Positions 1-9,604 of a DNA stretch of 30,401 nucleotides are shown here, piece by piece. The notes below the pieces were generated by a model that worked only from the letters and a program-made list of their open reading frames with translations, had not been told where the DNA came from and searched no databases. The translations under genes were made by a program, and so were the position numbers. The number at the start of each line of letters is the position of its first letter. The stretch's first letter is position 1. Source of the DNA: an uncultured Pirellulales bacterium. Its GTDB lineage: Bacteria; Planctomycetota; Phycisphaerae; Sedimentisphaerales; Anaerobacaceae. The stretch spans positions 1 to 30,401 of the forward strand of contig CAZMPL010000002.1 in the NCBI GenBank assembly GCA_964567805.1, given 5' to 3'.

Positions 1-1
1 C

Positions 2-382
2 TTAAGTAAAGTTGCTCAGGTACGTGATGTTGACGTCATTAATATTAATGATCTGGCAAACTCTCTGAAGGTCGTTGTTCTTCCTGGTGAAACAATGGAA
101 GTAAAAATTATCAAGCCCGGAGAGGAATCCGAACAGGGTATTGGTTACCTGGACGACGGCACAATGATTGTAGTCGAAGACGCGCGAAACAAGATTGGCA
201 AAGACTTGGTTATCAGTGTAACAAGCTCGCTTCAAACATCCGCTGGAAAAATGATTTTCGGCAAATTCGAGGAATACGCCCAGAGAAGAAATGACTATGA
301 TCAGCGAAAACCTTATGCCAGAAAAAATTATAACAACGAATCCAACGAAAATAATAATAATACACAAATAACTAACTCATAA
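2..382 (+). CDS. PIN/TRAM domain protein (YacL-like), C-terminal part, 5' truncated by window edge
   Basis: The frame is open from position 2 ([30 protein letters not shown]...). It continues into the TRAM-type segment [17 protein letters not shown]...[15 protein letters not shown] typical of YacL. The ATG at 95 in the ORF track is internal. Confidence 0.85.
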   Translation, partial: LSKVAQVRDVDVININDLANSLKVVVLPGETMEVKIIKPGEESEQGIGYLDDGTMIVVEDARNKIGKDLVISVTSSLQTSAGKMIFGKFEEYAQRRNDYDQRKPYARKNYNNESNENNNNTQITNS

Positions 383-417
383 GCGGCTAAAGTCAGAATT
401 TATTTTCCTTAGCCGCT
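382..417. terminator. Inverted repeat between convergent genes, possible bidirectional terminator
   Basis: AGCGGCTAA (382-390) and TTAGCCGCT (409-417) form a perfect 9-bp stem with an 18-nt loop. There is no clear U-tract. Confidence 0.45.
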
Positions 418-447
418 GGAGTTGCAATGAGTACAAGGCATATTTAA

Positions 448-1431
448 TTAATAGTCTTTGTACCTTCTAATCCATTTTGGCCATTTTTCCGGTGTTACTC
501 CTCCGGCTTGTGTCCATTCGCCGGAAGTATTGAATTGCCTGTTCCATTTCAATGTCCAAAGCTCCTTAAGACCAACCTTTCTGACAGAAAAATCCATAAA
601 AACCACATTTATTCCGCCGTCATGTCTATTAATACAAGTTGTATTCGAACGCCCGAAATATTTTCCAGAATATTCATCGTTGGACGGAGGACTATTTTTA
701 TCATCAAAATAGGAATATAACCAACTGCAATCGAAAACAAGTGGAATTTTATTCGCCTGGTTTTCATAAGCTATTACCCAGTATTTATCAGGTTTTGAAA
801 TTTCATTAATATCATCAATAGAATTATCACCTGTCCCACAAGGGTCAGAGGCAGAACCAGAACCTGGACTATGACGTATTCCAAATCGTTTCTCCCAGTA
901 ATCTATCCACCAATTTCCGCTTCCTCCGCTTACAGCAGTTACAGTTCCTCCACTTACAACATCAGTATCATTGTTATTCATGTCTCCAACCATATCTTTT
1001 CTTTCGGGTTTATAAGCCCAGCCGTTGAGGCCATAGCTTCCGATTCCATTCCATGCAAATTCTTCTTCATTAGAAGTAAAGAATTCCCATGCGGCTAATG
1101 TAGCACCGTATTTAGACCTTGGAGATGAAGTATTCTGAGCTAATGTTTTTTTAGCTGAAGGACAAAGAAGTATTTCGCGTTGATTGCTATAATAATTGCG
1201 GATTGGATAATACCATGGAGATTCACCATAATCACGAGGAAGTTTACCGTCAAATTCGTCTGTGTACATTTTGTAAACCAAACCCCACTGCCTGAGATTC
1301 GAAAGACAAACTGCTGCTCTTGCTCGTTTTTTGACTCCATTAATCGTGGGCAATAAAATAGCTAATAAAAGTGTAATGATTGAAATGACAGTCAGCAACT
1401 CAACTAATGTAAATCCTTTTTGTTTACGCAT
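448..1431 (-). CDS. Prepilin-type N-terminal cleavage/methylation protein, DUF1559-like, with H-X9-DG-like C-terminal motif
   Basis: Class III signal KQKG|FTLVELL; ARAAVCLSNLRQWGL; C-terminal NRHDGGINVVFMDFSV (H-X9-DF variant). Confidence 0.85.
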   Translation of the reverse strand: MRKQKGFTLVELLTVISIITLLLAILLPTINGVKKRARAAVCLSNLRQWGLVYKMYTDEFDGKLPRDYGESPWYYPIRNYYSNQREILLCPSAKKTLAQNTSSPRSKYGATLAAWEFFTSNEEEFAWNGIGSYGLNGWAYKPERKDMVGDMNNNDTDVVSGGTVTAVSGGSGNWWIDYWEKRFGIRHSPGSGSASDPCGTGDNSIDDINEISKPDKYWVIAYENQANKIPLVFDCSWLYSYFDDKNSPPSNDEYSGKYFGRSNTTCINRHDGGINVVFMDFSVRKVGLKELWTLKWNRQFNTSGEWTQAGGVTPEKWPKWIRRYKDY

Positions 1432-1546
1432 AGCTTATTTCCTTTCCCAAAACAACTTAAACTGACATATTAAATATTCTGTCGTCTTTAAAGTCGAATT
1501 TCTCACAAAAAAGCTTTCACGTTACGCCTCCCGCAAAGCGAGATAC

Positions 1547-1555
1547 ATTATATCA
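1547..1555 (-). promoter_or_regulatory. Extended -10 promoter candidate for the DUF1559-like gene
   Basis: Minus strand reads TGATATAAT (perfect TGnTATAAT), about 115 nt upstream of the start. Confidence 0.45.
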
Positions 1556-1651
1556 TGAATTTGTTTAGACAAATAGAAAAAGATTAGTCTGAAAAAATTA
1601 TTTTCCGATTTTTACGACCATTCTATCTATTTTAACATCAAGAATAGATTA

Positions 1652-2827
1652 TTATTTTATAATGGTTTTATCGAAATGACCAGCCGGAGGTGTTGTTCTT
1701 TTTCGAGTTGAATAGCTGATTGAGTTTGTCGGGCACACATCGCGGCAAGAGTAACATGCGAAACAATCCGGTATAGTTTTTTTGTCTCGTTTCAAAATAG
1801 CGCTCATCACAGTCGAGGGACATGCTTTTGCGCATTTATTACAGGCGATACATGTATCATAATTTACACTGATTTTTACCCTGCTGAATTTCTCTACAAT
1901 CCAGCCCGCAAGTCCGAAGGGACAGAACATGTGACACCATGGTCTGTAAATAAAAAGGCTTGTAACTAAAAGCACACCGATAAAGATTATTCCAGCGATT
2001 TCAAGATGTAACGGTTTGAATATTTTAAACGGATCTATCGGTTCGACAATATCATAACTCCATATAAAAGCGATAAGCGTAAATATTACAAGAAACACAA
2101 CTCTAATTGAATTTGTCACTATAAATGGTAACTTAATCTGCTTTCCAATAATTGCTTTACCGCTATCATTTTGATTGAGTCTGAAAATTAAATCCTGTAA
2201 AGTTCCAGCCTGACAACCCCATGCGCAAATATATTTGTTCGCGAGAAAAACTATAAAAAGAAAAACAGTCATAGCAATCAATCGCGGCGGAAATATCTTA
2301 TGTGTTTCACCCAATAAAGCAATTGCGTCTTTTACTGTCCCCATCGGCCCAGGGTCGGAACCCATTATCACGCCGAATATAACAACTGAAGCAAAAAGCA
2401 CCCACCTTCTTATTTTTGGAGTGACTTTTCTTTTTTTAAAGTAGAAATAAACTCCATTCAAAAAAGCAAACCAGAGAACAAATTTTATAGCGATTTTTCT
2501 CCAGTCCTTTGTTTTATATTCCGTTGCTTTTTCCCCTGTTATAAGAAATCTTATCTCATCAGGCGTACCGAATTCGCTCAATAGCCTTTGCCGGTCTGTC
2601 GGTGATTGCAGTTGGAATTTTTCTCTGAGAAGAGGATTAGGAAGATTATTAACCTGACCAAACTGTCCGATAGTCATTCCCTCTTCTATTATTAACTCGT
2701 TAGGTTCCTGTATTTCTTTTGGTTTTCCCGCCCATAAGCGGCCTGATAATATCGAACCACAAACAACAAGAACTATCAGTAAAATAAAAAGTATTGCAGT
2801 TTTATAAAACGATTCTTCCTTCAACAT
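1652..2827 (-). CDS. Membrane-bound polyferredoxin / 4Fe-4S binding protein (NapH/YccM-like)
   Basis: Several TM helices; CAWGCQAG and WCHMFCPFG motifs; two ferredoxin motifs, CIACNKCAKACP and CFACYSCRDVCP. Confidence 0.85.
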   Translation of the reverse strand: MLKEESFYKTAILFILLIVLVVCGSILSGRLWAGKPKEIQEPNELIIEEGMTIGQFGQVNNLPNPLLREKFQLQSPTDRQRLLSEFGTPDEIRFLITGEKATEYKTKDWRKIAIKFVLWFAFLNGVYFYFKKRKVTPKIRRWVLFASVVIFGVIMGSDPGPMGTVKDAIALLGETHKIFPPRLIAMTVFLFIVFLANKYICAWGCQAGTLQDLIFRLNQNDSGKAIIGKQIKLPFIVTNSIRVVFLVIFTLIAFIWSYDIVEPIDPFKIFKPLHLEIAGIIFIGVLLVTSLFIYRPWCHMFCPFGLAGWIVEKFSRVKISVNYDTCIACNKCAKACPSTVMSAILKRDKKTIPDCFACYSCRDVCPTNSISYSTRKRTTPPAGHFDKTIIK

Positions 2828-2941
2828 ATATAATCTCCAAATGCAAATAATTTCATGACGTTATAATACTAAGAAATTGGATTATATGTTCAAATAAATT
2901 CTATAATTCATTTTCGAAATCAAATTATCATTTTCTGGAAT

Positions 2942-3436
2942 TTACTGCTTTTGTGCTATCGCTCTTGTGAGTGTTACCACCCAGCCGGAGCCGACAATAA
3001 CTATCAGGGAAAAGATTATATGGCGGATTTTAACTTCGTCAAAAAACTTATTTATAAACCAGAAATTAAACCCAAAAACCGCAATGATAAATGATATAAT
3101 ATCTATAAAAACAAAGGTTGTACAAATAAAAGCACATGCCGGCTGGATATAAAAAGCACTGATAATATTTCCCCGTATGAAAGCGAGCGTAGCGGTCGTA
3201 TAGCCGCAGGTCGGACACGGAATACCATACATCATCTTGAAGCCGCAACGGCCAAGGTGGTCTCCCATATTGATATGGTAATGTGCGCCGATTATAAAAA
3301 AAATGAAAAACGCGCTCAAAGTAATACAAATAATAGCGGCTGTTATCCTTTGTCGCTTTGAAGCTCGGGAAATAATTTTTGATTTGCTTGTATTCTGCTG
3401 CATTTCGTTCATATTTATCTGTTGGCTTGATTGCAT
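2942..3436 (-). CDS. DUF2752 family membrane protein
   Basis: CGFKMMYGIPCPTCGYTTA motif flanked by three TM segments. Confidence 0.75.
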   Translation of the reverse strand: MQSSQQINMNEMQQNTSKSKIISRASKRQRITAAIICITLSAFFIFFIIGAHYHINMGDHLGRCGFKMMYGIPCPTCGYTTATLAFIRGNIISAFYIQPACAFICTTFVFIDIISFIIAVFGFNFWFINKFFDEVKIRHIIFSLIVIVGSGWVVTLTRAIAQKQ

Positions 3437-3455
3437 AACTGCGTTAGAATATAAT
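3427..3455 (+). promoter_or_regulatory. Sigma70-like promoter candidate for suhB, overlapping the DUF2752 start codon
   Basis: TTGATT (3427-3432), N17, TATAAT (3450-3455). Confidence 0.45.
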
Positions 3456-3562
3456 AAATCGAATTGAAAGTAAATAAAAAAAGAACGTACAGCGGATAGC
3501 GTACAGGTTACTCAGAAATCTAACCGCTTTGCGCTCCACGCTAAACCCTGTTAGAGGAACTT

Positions 3563-4384
3563 ATGGAATTGGATAACCAGTATTTAAGCGGCTTGTTAGA
3601 AACAGCTATCGTAGCAGCAAGACTTGCCGGCCAGAGAGCTATGGAAGAAATCAGCTATATTAAAACTTCCTTAAAAAACGGTAATGAACTTGTAACTCAG
3701 GCAGATTCCATTTGCCAGAAGATAATTATTGACCGAATCAAGGAGGTTTATCCAGACCACGGTTTTATCGGAGAAGAAGGCAAAGACGGGAAACTGTTCA
3801 AGCAAACTCCTCGCGGTGACGAGCGAATATGGTGGGTTATCGATCCGATAGACGGTACAAATAATTACTCGCACGGTATATTACTTTTCGTAGTTAGCAT
3901 AGCGGCTGTATATGAGGGTACTCCTATAGCCGGTGTAATTTTCGAACCGGCAACAGAATCCATGTTCACCGCTGTCAAAGATGGTGAAGCACAACTTAAC
4001 GACCGAAGGATTCTTGCAAGCCAGGAAGATTTGAACCAGTTCGCAAGTGTTGGCCTGGATAGTCGTCTTAGTCTGGATGAGACAATTCCTGGCTGGGCCG
4101 GTAAATTAATTAAGGAATCAAAATACCGTAATTTCGGAACGACTGCTTTGCAGCTTGCTTATGTCGCAAAAGGAAGTATGGCCGCAACTATTACGGATTC
4201 ACCGAAACTATGGGACATCGCGGCCGGGGCTATTATCGCGGAATCTGCGGGTGCGCTCGTAACCAACTGGCAGGGAGAAAAAATATTCCCGGTTGATACT
4301 GAAAATTATGAAGGCGGGACAATCCAGACTTTAGTAGCTAATAAGAAAACGCACGGCGAGATAGTCAGGATATTGAACTCATAA
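3563..4384 (+). CDS. suhB: Inositol monophosphatase family protein
   Basis: VTQAD, GEEG, WVIDPIDGTNNY and WDIAAG signature motifs; AGAGG RBS. Confidence 0.9.
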   Translation: MELDNQYLSGLLETAIVAARLAGQRAMEEISYIKTSLKNGNELVTQADSICQKIIIDRIKEVYPDHGFIGEEGKDGKLFKQTPRGDERIWWVIDPIDGTNNYSHGILLFVVSIAAVYEGTPIAGVIFEPATESMFTAVKDGEAQLNDRRILASQEDLNQFASVGLDSRLSLDETIPGWAGKLIKESKYRNFGTTALQLAYVAKGSMAATITDSPKLWDIAAGAIIAESAGALVTNWQGEKIFPVDTENYEGGTIQTLVANKKTHGEIVRILNS

Positions 4385-4385
4385 T

Positions 4386-6950
4386 TTATCTCGGGTCGGG
4401 AACAGATTGAAACGCCAATATTCTGACTTTACCGATAGGTGTCACTACATTGCTTCTATCGAGAACAGCGATAACTCTTTTCTGTGGACCGTCAAGACCA
4501 ATCCTGACAAGAATATACGCGGTAAATATGTCACTTCGTACTGTAACAAGATTACTGATACGGGAAAATATAATATCGCGCTCTTCATAATCACTGATTG
4601 CACCGTCTTTGGGTGTCAAATCGGGCCAACTTTGCAAATCCACATTATTATTATCCCCAATCGTATAATAATCCATTCCGGGAACCTGCATTAAATCAAC
4701 TACGCTATTGAAAGCTCCGAAAGGTTTATTAGACGGATCGCTCGGATTAATAACGTCTCGGAATGAAACTATCGAACGTGCTGTATCAGGACGCATCGAT
4801 GGTAATTGTGCCAGTACTGACCACGGCGCGGTATTAATATTTATTCGCCCCTTTATTCTGGTTTCATACATAAACTGATTCGGGTCCAATCCATATTCCA
4901 TAGGATCTACAACAGTCAAATACTGGAACATATTCGCGTAAACAGGCTGTTTCAAATCAAGTCGAATCTCATCTTCATTCGGCTCGCTCGCAAGGTTCAT
5001 ACCAATCATATCATTCGCATCGGTACTCGGGCCGATAGTAAGAACTCTTGATATGTCACCAATTGTCGCGAAAGAGTCGTTATAATTCACGAGATTATAA
5101 TTCTTTCTTAACGCGGTTGTTACATTAGGCTTTCCCAATGTATTCGTCGAAGATAATTTAAATTCCTGGTATAAGATATTCCAGTTCAACTCACTTCTGC
5201 AATAGAACTTCGAAGAGTCATTAACATCATCCCATTTGAACCAGCTATCCTGGGTAGTTTGTTTATCAAGAGATAAGTTAGTTGCCGTTAGTTTCCTGAC
5301 AAGACGAAGATTATATCTTTTACTAAGTATATATGTGGGCGGTGTACCGCCAGCTAATACATATTTAGCCAACACAAGGTTCGGATCCTCTCTTAGTGTT
5401 CCGGAAGACTTTAAAGTACCAAGACCGAATTCTGTTGTCGCGTTACTTGTGTTGGTTATTACAAATCGGCTTTGCGCCTTGATAATAAAATTGGGCATAT
5501 TAACAGAATCTGCAACTTTATCGTTCGCGTCATAAAGCTCAATCTTAAAACTGCTAAGAGGAATATCAATTTTGAAAGGATTATAAAGCTCGACGGCAAA
5601 ACTGTTTTTAGTAGAATCGTCCGGCTCTGAATCACTTAGTTTAAATCCAATATCACTGATAAACGGCTGGGCTTCGAAACCGAAATATGTATTCTTCCCG
5701 ACAGTCAACGCGGTTACATCAGAATTATTGTCACGCAGGTCAACAATGTTAACCGCCAATTGAGCGGCTAACTTCTCAAGACGCACAGCATTGGGCTCCC
5801 TGCCCTGCAGTGACATTTTAATTGTGTTAAATATCAATTGAGGTAAAGCAGTATTTATATTTACCATCTTACCATTATTTAAAGCTAAACCCGCTGGATT
5901 AAGTATTCTATCCATATTACGCGTAGTAGCAATATGCCTGATACTATAAAGATTAGGATCTGTGCCGGTAATTCCAAAAGTATTATAAGCTTTTGGAAAC
6001 CAGTATTTAAGTTCCCCATTGCTCTCCACGGGAGTTGATAATGTATCATCCCTCAACTGATTTCCCCATGATTCCAGACGAGTATCTATATCAGTATTGT
6101 TCAGAAGATACCTGTAACGCATTTCCAGTTCATCAGACATATCGAAAGGAGTATAAGGAGCTTTTATTTCTTCATAATTATAAATATAGTATTGCAAATA
6201 AGCCTGTAAATCATAAGGATTAATATTATTACCATTGTTTGCTCTATCTAAGAGAAGATCATTTTCAAACATTGAAATTGACGAATCCACAAACAGTGAA
6301 GCCAACGGCATTAAATTGATTTGAGTTTGATTTTTCCCGTCTATATTAATTTTCATACCGGGGGCACAAGGGTCACTTTTCAATCCTGTATTGACATTCA
6401 GCATTGCACTGTTATCAATAATCCTGACAGCGGCATAAACCGGCTTGCTATGACTGGAACTGATTCCTTCGAGCTTAATCCATATCGAATCGGCAACTCC
6501 GTCGCCATCGGCGTCCGCAAGCGGTAAATTTACATCAGGAATCGGACCATATTGCGATAGCACCTCTATTTTAATATTATTGTTTTTTCCTGCTAACTGA
6601 CCTGAAATGTCACTTATCTGTCTCCAATAATATTTGCCGCTCGATTCATACGGCTCAAGACTTGCAAGCCAGCGATTTCTAAAATCTGGATAATCATAAT
6701 ATTCCTCATTCGGTTCCACAATTCCAGGGACATCCAAAACTAATTTCTGGGAGATATCCGCTATAACTGTATCGACGGCAAATTCCAGTTCTTTGTTTTC
6801 CGAAATAGCGGCCGTTCCCATCTGATTGACACGGGCGGCCATTAGAAACAGTACGCCGACAATCGCAAGCAGAGTACTCAATACGACCGCAAGAATAAGT
6901 GCCGAGCCGGCATATTTTAATCCATATTTTGTATTAATTATTTTTTTCAT
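4386..6950 (-). CDS. Large GspK/PilX-like minor (pseudo)pilin
   Basis: G|SALILAVV prepilin signal lacking E5, as is typical of K/PilX. Two NINTA helix-hairpin-helix repeats and a DADGDG motif. Last gene of the pilin series. Confidence 0.75.
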   Translation of the reverse strand: MKKIINTKYGLKYAGSALILAVVLSTLLAIVGVLFLMAARVNQMGTAAISENKELEFAVDTVIADISQKLVLDVPGIVEPNEEYYDYPDFRNRWLASLEPYESSGKYYWRQISDISGQLAGKNNNIKIEVLSQYGPIPDVNLPLADADGDGVADSIWIKLEGISSSHSKPVYAAVRIIDNSAMLNVNTGLKSDPCAPGMKINIDGKNQTQINLMPLASLFVDSSISMFENDLLLDRANNGNNINPYDLQAYLQYYIYNYEEIKAPYTPFDMSDELEMRYRYLLNNTDIDTRLESWGNQLRDDTLSTPVESNGELKYWFPKAYNTFGITGTDPNLYSIRHIATTRNMDRILNPAGLALNNGKMVNINTALPQLIFNTIKMSLQGREPNAVRLEKLAAQLAVNIVDLRDNNSDVTALTVGKNTYFGFEAQPFISDIGFKLSDSEPDDSTKNSFAVELYNPFKIDIPLSSFKIELYDANDKVADSVNMPNFIIKAQSRFVITNTSNATTEFGLGTLKSSGTLREDPNLVLAKYVLAGGTPPTYILSKRYNLRLVRKLTATNLSLDKQTTQDSWFKWDDVNDSSKFYCRSELNWNILYQEFKLSSTNTLGKPNVTTALRKNYNLVNYNDSFATIGDISRVLTIGPSTDANDMIGMNLASEPNEDEIRLDLKQPVYANMFQYLTVVDPMEYGLDPNQFMYETRIKGRININTAPWSVLAQLPSMRPDTARSIVSFRDVINPSDPSNKPFGAFNSVVDLMQVPGMDYYTIGDNNNVDLQSWPDLTPKDGAISDYEERDIIFSRISNLVTVRSDIFTAYILVRIGLDGPQKRVIAVLDRSNVVTPIGKVRILAFQSVPDPR

Positions 6951-6959
6951 TTCGTTAGG

Positions 6960-8015
6960 TTATTTATCAAGACTAACAATATAAGTAAATCTTCTGCCGC
7001 TCTTGATAATTCCTTTGGAATCAAATATTGTAAAAGTAAATTTCAACGCTCGTCCGAGCCCGGGTATCGAGTTAAAATTTTCACGATTAATTTTACTCAA
7101 CGGGTAAGTGACATTTTTTATTGGAAATTCCCCTGTTTCCTGGAAAGGCCACGGGTATAATACACCCGGAAGCCTGTTGGGATCCGTTAAGTAAAAATTC
7201 GTATCAGATAAATTACGATTACCATCAGGATCAACTTCCGGCAGCCATTTTTTATTTGTATTATCCCAGCCCTGAATCTTAAATTCACCAACTCCTTCGC
7301 ATAAAAGCATTGGTAGTGCATTTGGATCATCAGGACTTACTGATACACCCATCAAATTTTTACCCGCACGTGATTTAATGGAACCACCATCTATTGTAAT
7401 ATCACAGATCATTGATAGTATGTCTATTTTAATCTGTAAATCAAGATGCTTCCATTGCTCCAGGCTAATATTGTCATATTGATAAGAATCATGCCACTCT
7501 TTCCATTTTACAGGTGAAAATTTATTCGGATCATATATATCTTTTTGTGTTACTTCATCAATCAGGATATGTTGAGTTCTCGCGAGTATCCTTTCGGACT
7601 TACCCAGTTGTTTAGGTCTTTTCAGACCATTTTTAGCAAGTGTATAACAAATCCTGGCTATGTTGCCGCGGATAGTGTTCTTACCATAAGCCTGAAAGTC
7701 ACCTTCAGCGAAAAACATAATTCTGTCAAGTCTCTCTTCAGATAAACATAAGCCGCTTTTATCTGTCACTACATTAGCGTCCCAGACTACGAATAATTCA
7801 CCATCTTTATCAAGACCTTTGAAATCCGAATCCAACTGATTCGTAATCGCACGAAACTTCTGCATAATCTCGGCGTTGGCTAAAGCAGTTCTATGAGAGT
7901 CTATACAGACCTTAAATATTTGACTGGCAAAAGAAATAACAACTACAAAAACTCCAATCGCTACTAAAAGCTCGATTAGCGTAAAAGCATTGCTATTTCG
8001 TTTTGTTAATTTCAT
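6960..8015 (-). CDS. GspJ/PilW-like minor pilin
   Basis: A|FTLIELLVAIG prepilin signal; helix ending AITNQLDSDF; position between the I-like and K-like genes. Confidence 0.75.
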   Translation of the reverse strand: MKLTKRNSNAFTLIELLVAIGVFVVVISFASQIFKVCIDSHRTALANAEIMQKFRAITNQLDSDFKGLDKDGELFVVWDANVVTDKSGLCLSEERLDRIMFFAEGDFQAYGKNTIRGNIARICYTLAKNGLKRPKQLGKSERILARTQHILIDEVTQKDIYDPNKFSPVKWKEWHDSYQYDNISLEQWKHLDLQIKIDILSMICDITIDGGSIKSRAGKNLMGVSVSPDDPNALPMLLCEGVGEFKIQGWDNTNKKWLPEVDPDGNRNLSDTNFYLTDPNRLPGVLYPWPFQETGEFPIKNVTYPLSKINRENFNSIPGLGRALKFTFTIFDSKGIIKSGRRFTYIVSLDK

Positions 8016-8039
8016 AATATTTTGTGTATTTTCTTCTAT

Positions 8040-8732
8040 TTAGAATCGTATTTCTTTTTGATAAACCACGATACAGGGATTCTTCCCGGCTACTATCGGC
8101 GGAACTACCCAAACGGAATCAGTATCCGATTCTTCCCACGATGTATCAAGAGTTATAATATTACCTGAAACAGAGTCACGCTCTACGACACGATACATTT
8201 TGCCTGTCTTGTTAGCGATGATTTTCGAACCGGCGTTTATAAATGATTGCTGTGCTTTTTGACTTATAGACAGCGTTTTTTCAGTAACTTTGGAAACCGG
8301 AACTTCTACGGGAACAGGTATCGCTGAAGAACTTCCAACTTTCCTGCAAATAAAAACAGTGACTTGTATAATACGATTAGTATTAATTGATGAAACAGGC
8401 CGACATAACGCAGACCAGTAATATTGTTTATCCGCGGAAATCGCGGCAGAAGGATAAGCGAATTCTTCGATAGGTATCGTATTCAATGTTGTAAAAAGAA
8501 CCTGTTTATTTACAGAAAGATCAGGCGATGAAAAATTTATGCCATAAAGCTGTATTTTCGTGAAAGCTTCGTCAGAAGTTGCCGCGGCTATTGTCCTTTC
8601 CGTCGCAACCGCGGATAAATTGACACCTACGAGAAATGTCCCTCCCACAAAACTCATTCCAATAGCAAGAGTACCGATAGCCAATAAGACCTCGGTTAAA
8701 GAAAATCCTCTATGTCTCTGTAATGAACTCAT
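8040..8732 (-). CDS. GspI/PilV-like minor pilin
   Basis: G|FSLTEVLLAIG prepilin signal; gene order. Confidence 0.7.
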   Translation of the reverse strand: MSSLQRHRGFSLTEVLLAIGTLAIGMSFVGGTFLVGVNLSAVATERTIAAATSDEAFTKIQLYGINFSSPDLSVNKQVLFTTLNTIPIEEFAYPSAAISADKQYYWSALCRPVSSINTNRIIQVTVFICRKVGSSSAIPVPVEVPVSKVTEKTLSISQKAQQSFINAGSKIIANKTGKMYRVVERDSVSGNIITLDTSWEESDTDSVWVVPPIVAGKNPCIVVYQKEIRF

Positions 8733-8746
8733 AATTTTATCAATAC

Positions 8747-9571
8747 TTAATTAGTCTTAACTATTGTTCCAGTATATTGATTTATAAAAACAGGTTTCAG
8801 ACTCTTAAGATAAATATATCTTTCCTGGCCGGCTTGAGGGACTGTCATTCCCTTACCCAGACTATCGAACACATTTTTATCATATATATAGAAAGCATTT
8901 GCGCTTACTTCCTCTCCATATCCATATCCTTCGTAATCATCCTGAATAAACATACCTATATTTCTGTTTTGTATGCTCGCAAGAGAATTAAATATCTCAT
9001 CATTCGACTCGCCGTTATCAGGTTTAGAAATTCCATCTTTATTTCTAACGCGAACTTTATGAATAACTAACTTGCCGGCGGGTGAAAATATAATAGAAAA
9101 ACATGAAGTATCCCGCAAATAACTGCTGGTTATCGAAGCATTAAAATCCTTAACATCTACATTTTGAAGATACGTACCTGAATTAAGCGGCTTGCTATTT
9201 GTTTCATTTGCCTGTATCAGCATATCCACAACTTTGAAATCATCCGGCAACTTAATAGGCTTCTGGCCTTCAAGAGCGCGAAAGCCGTTACTGGTTGTTT
9301 TTTCAGGATCATGTATGATAAAAATCATATATTGATTGCCTTGAATATCCAACTGGAAACGAACTCCGGCGTAACGCTGTTCCCTGGCGGCAACTGCACG
9401 AGCAGAAGACAGAGCGGCATTTATCGTTGCTGTAACTCCGCTGCCTGTCTCGAAAGACTTCTGCAATGAACGAATAGCAGGCAAACCAAGACCTGTCAGC
9501 AGTGCTAATATAGCTACAACTACTACCATCTCAGTAAGCGAAAAACCAGATTTTTTACTTCTCGTTCTCAT
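8747..9571 (-). CDS. GspH/FimT-like minor pilin
   Basis: G|FSLTEMVVVV signal; INAALSSARAVAAREQR helix and IIFSPAG motif reminiscent of FimT/GspH. Confidence 0.75.
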   Translation of the reverse strand: MRTRSKKSGFSLTEMVVVVAILALLTGLGLPAIRSLQKSFETGSGVTATINAALSSARAVAAREQRYAGVRFQLDIQGNQYMIFIIHDPEKTTSNGFRALEGQKPIKLPDDFKVVDMLIQANETNSKPLNSGTYLQNVDVKDFNASITSSYLRDTSCFSIIFSPAGKLVIHKVRVRNKDGISKPDNGESNDEIFNSLASIQNRNIGMFIQDDYEGYGYGEEVSANAFYIYDKNVFDSLGKGMTVPQAGQERYIYLKSLKPVFINQYTGTIVKTN

Positions 9572-9604
9572 TATAATTTTATATTCAAACAGCCGGATTT
9601 GTTT

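Noticed and set aside
2-367. 121-aa minus-strand ORF and the many other 60-180-aa ORFs overlapping larger genes (e.g. 21713-22258, 16158-16577, 23048-23413)
   Set aside because: They are antisense or alternate-frame shadows of well-supported genes, with no recognisable motifs.
1490-1545. Small hairpin (CTCCCGC-AAA-GCGAG) in the DUF1559-like gene leader as a possible c-di-GMP riboswitch
   Set aside because: It lacks the GCAAAC/GAAA tetraloop-receptor architecture of class I riboswitches and is too short.
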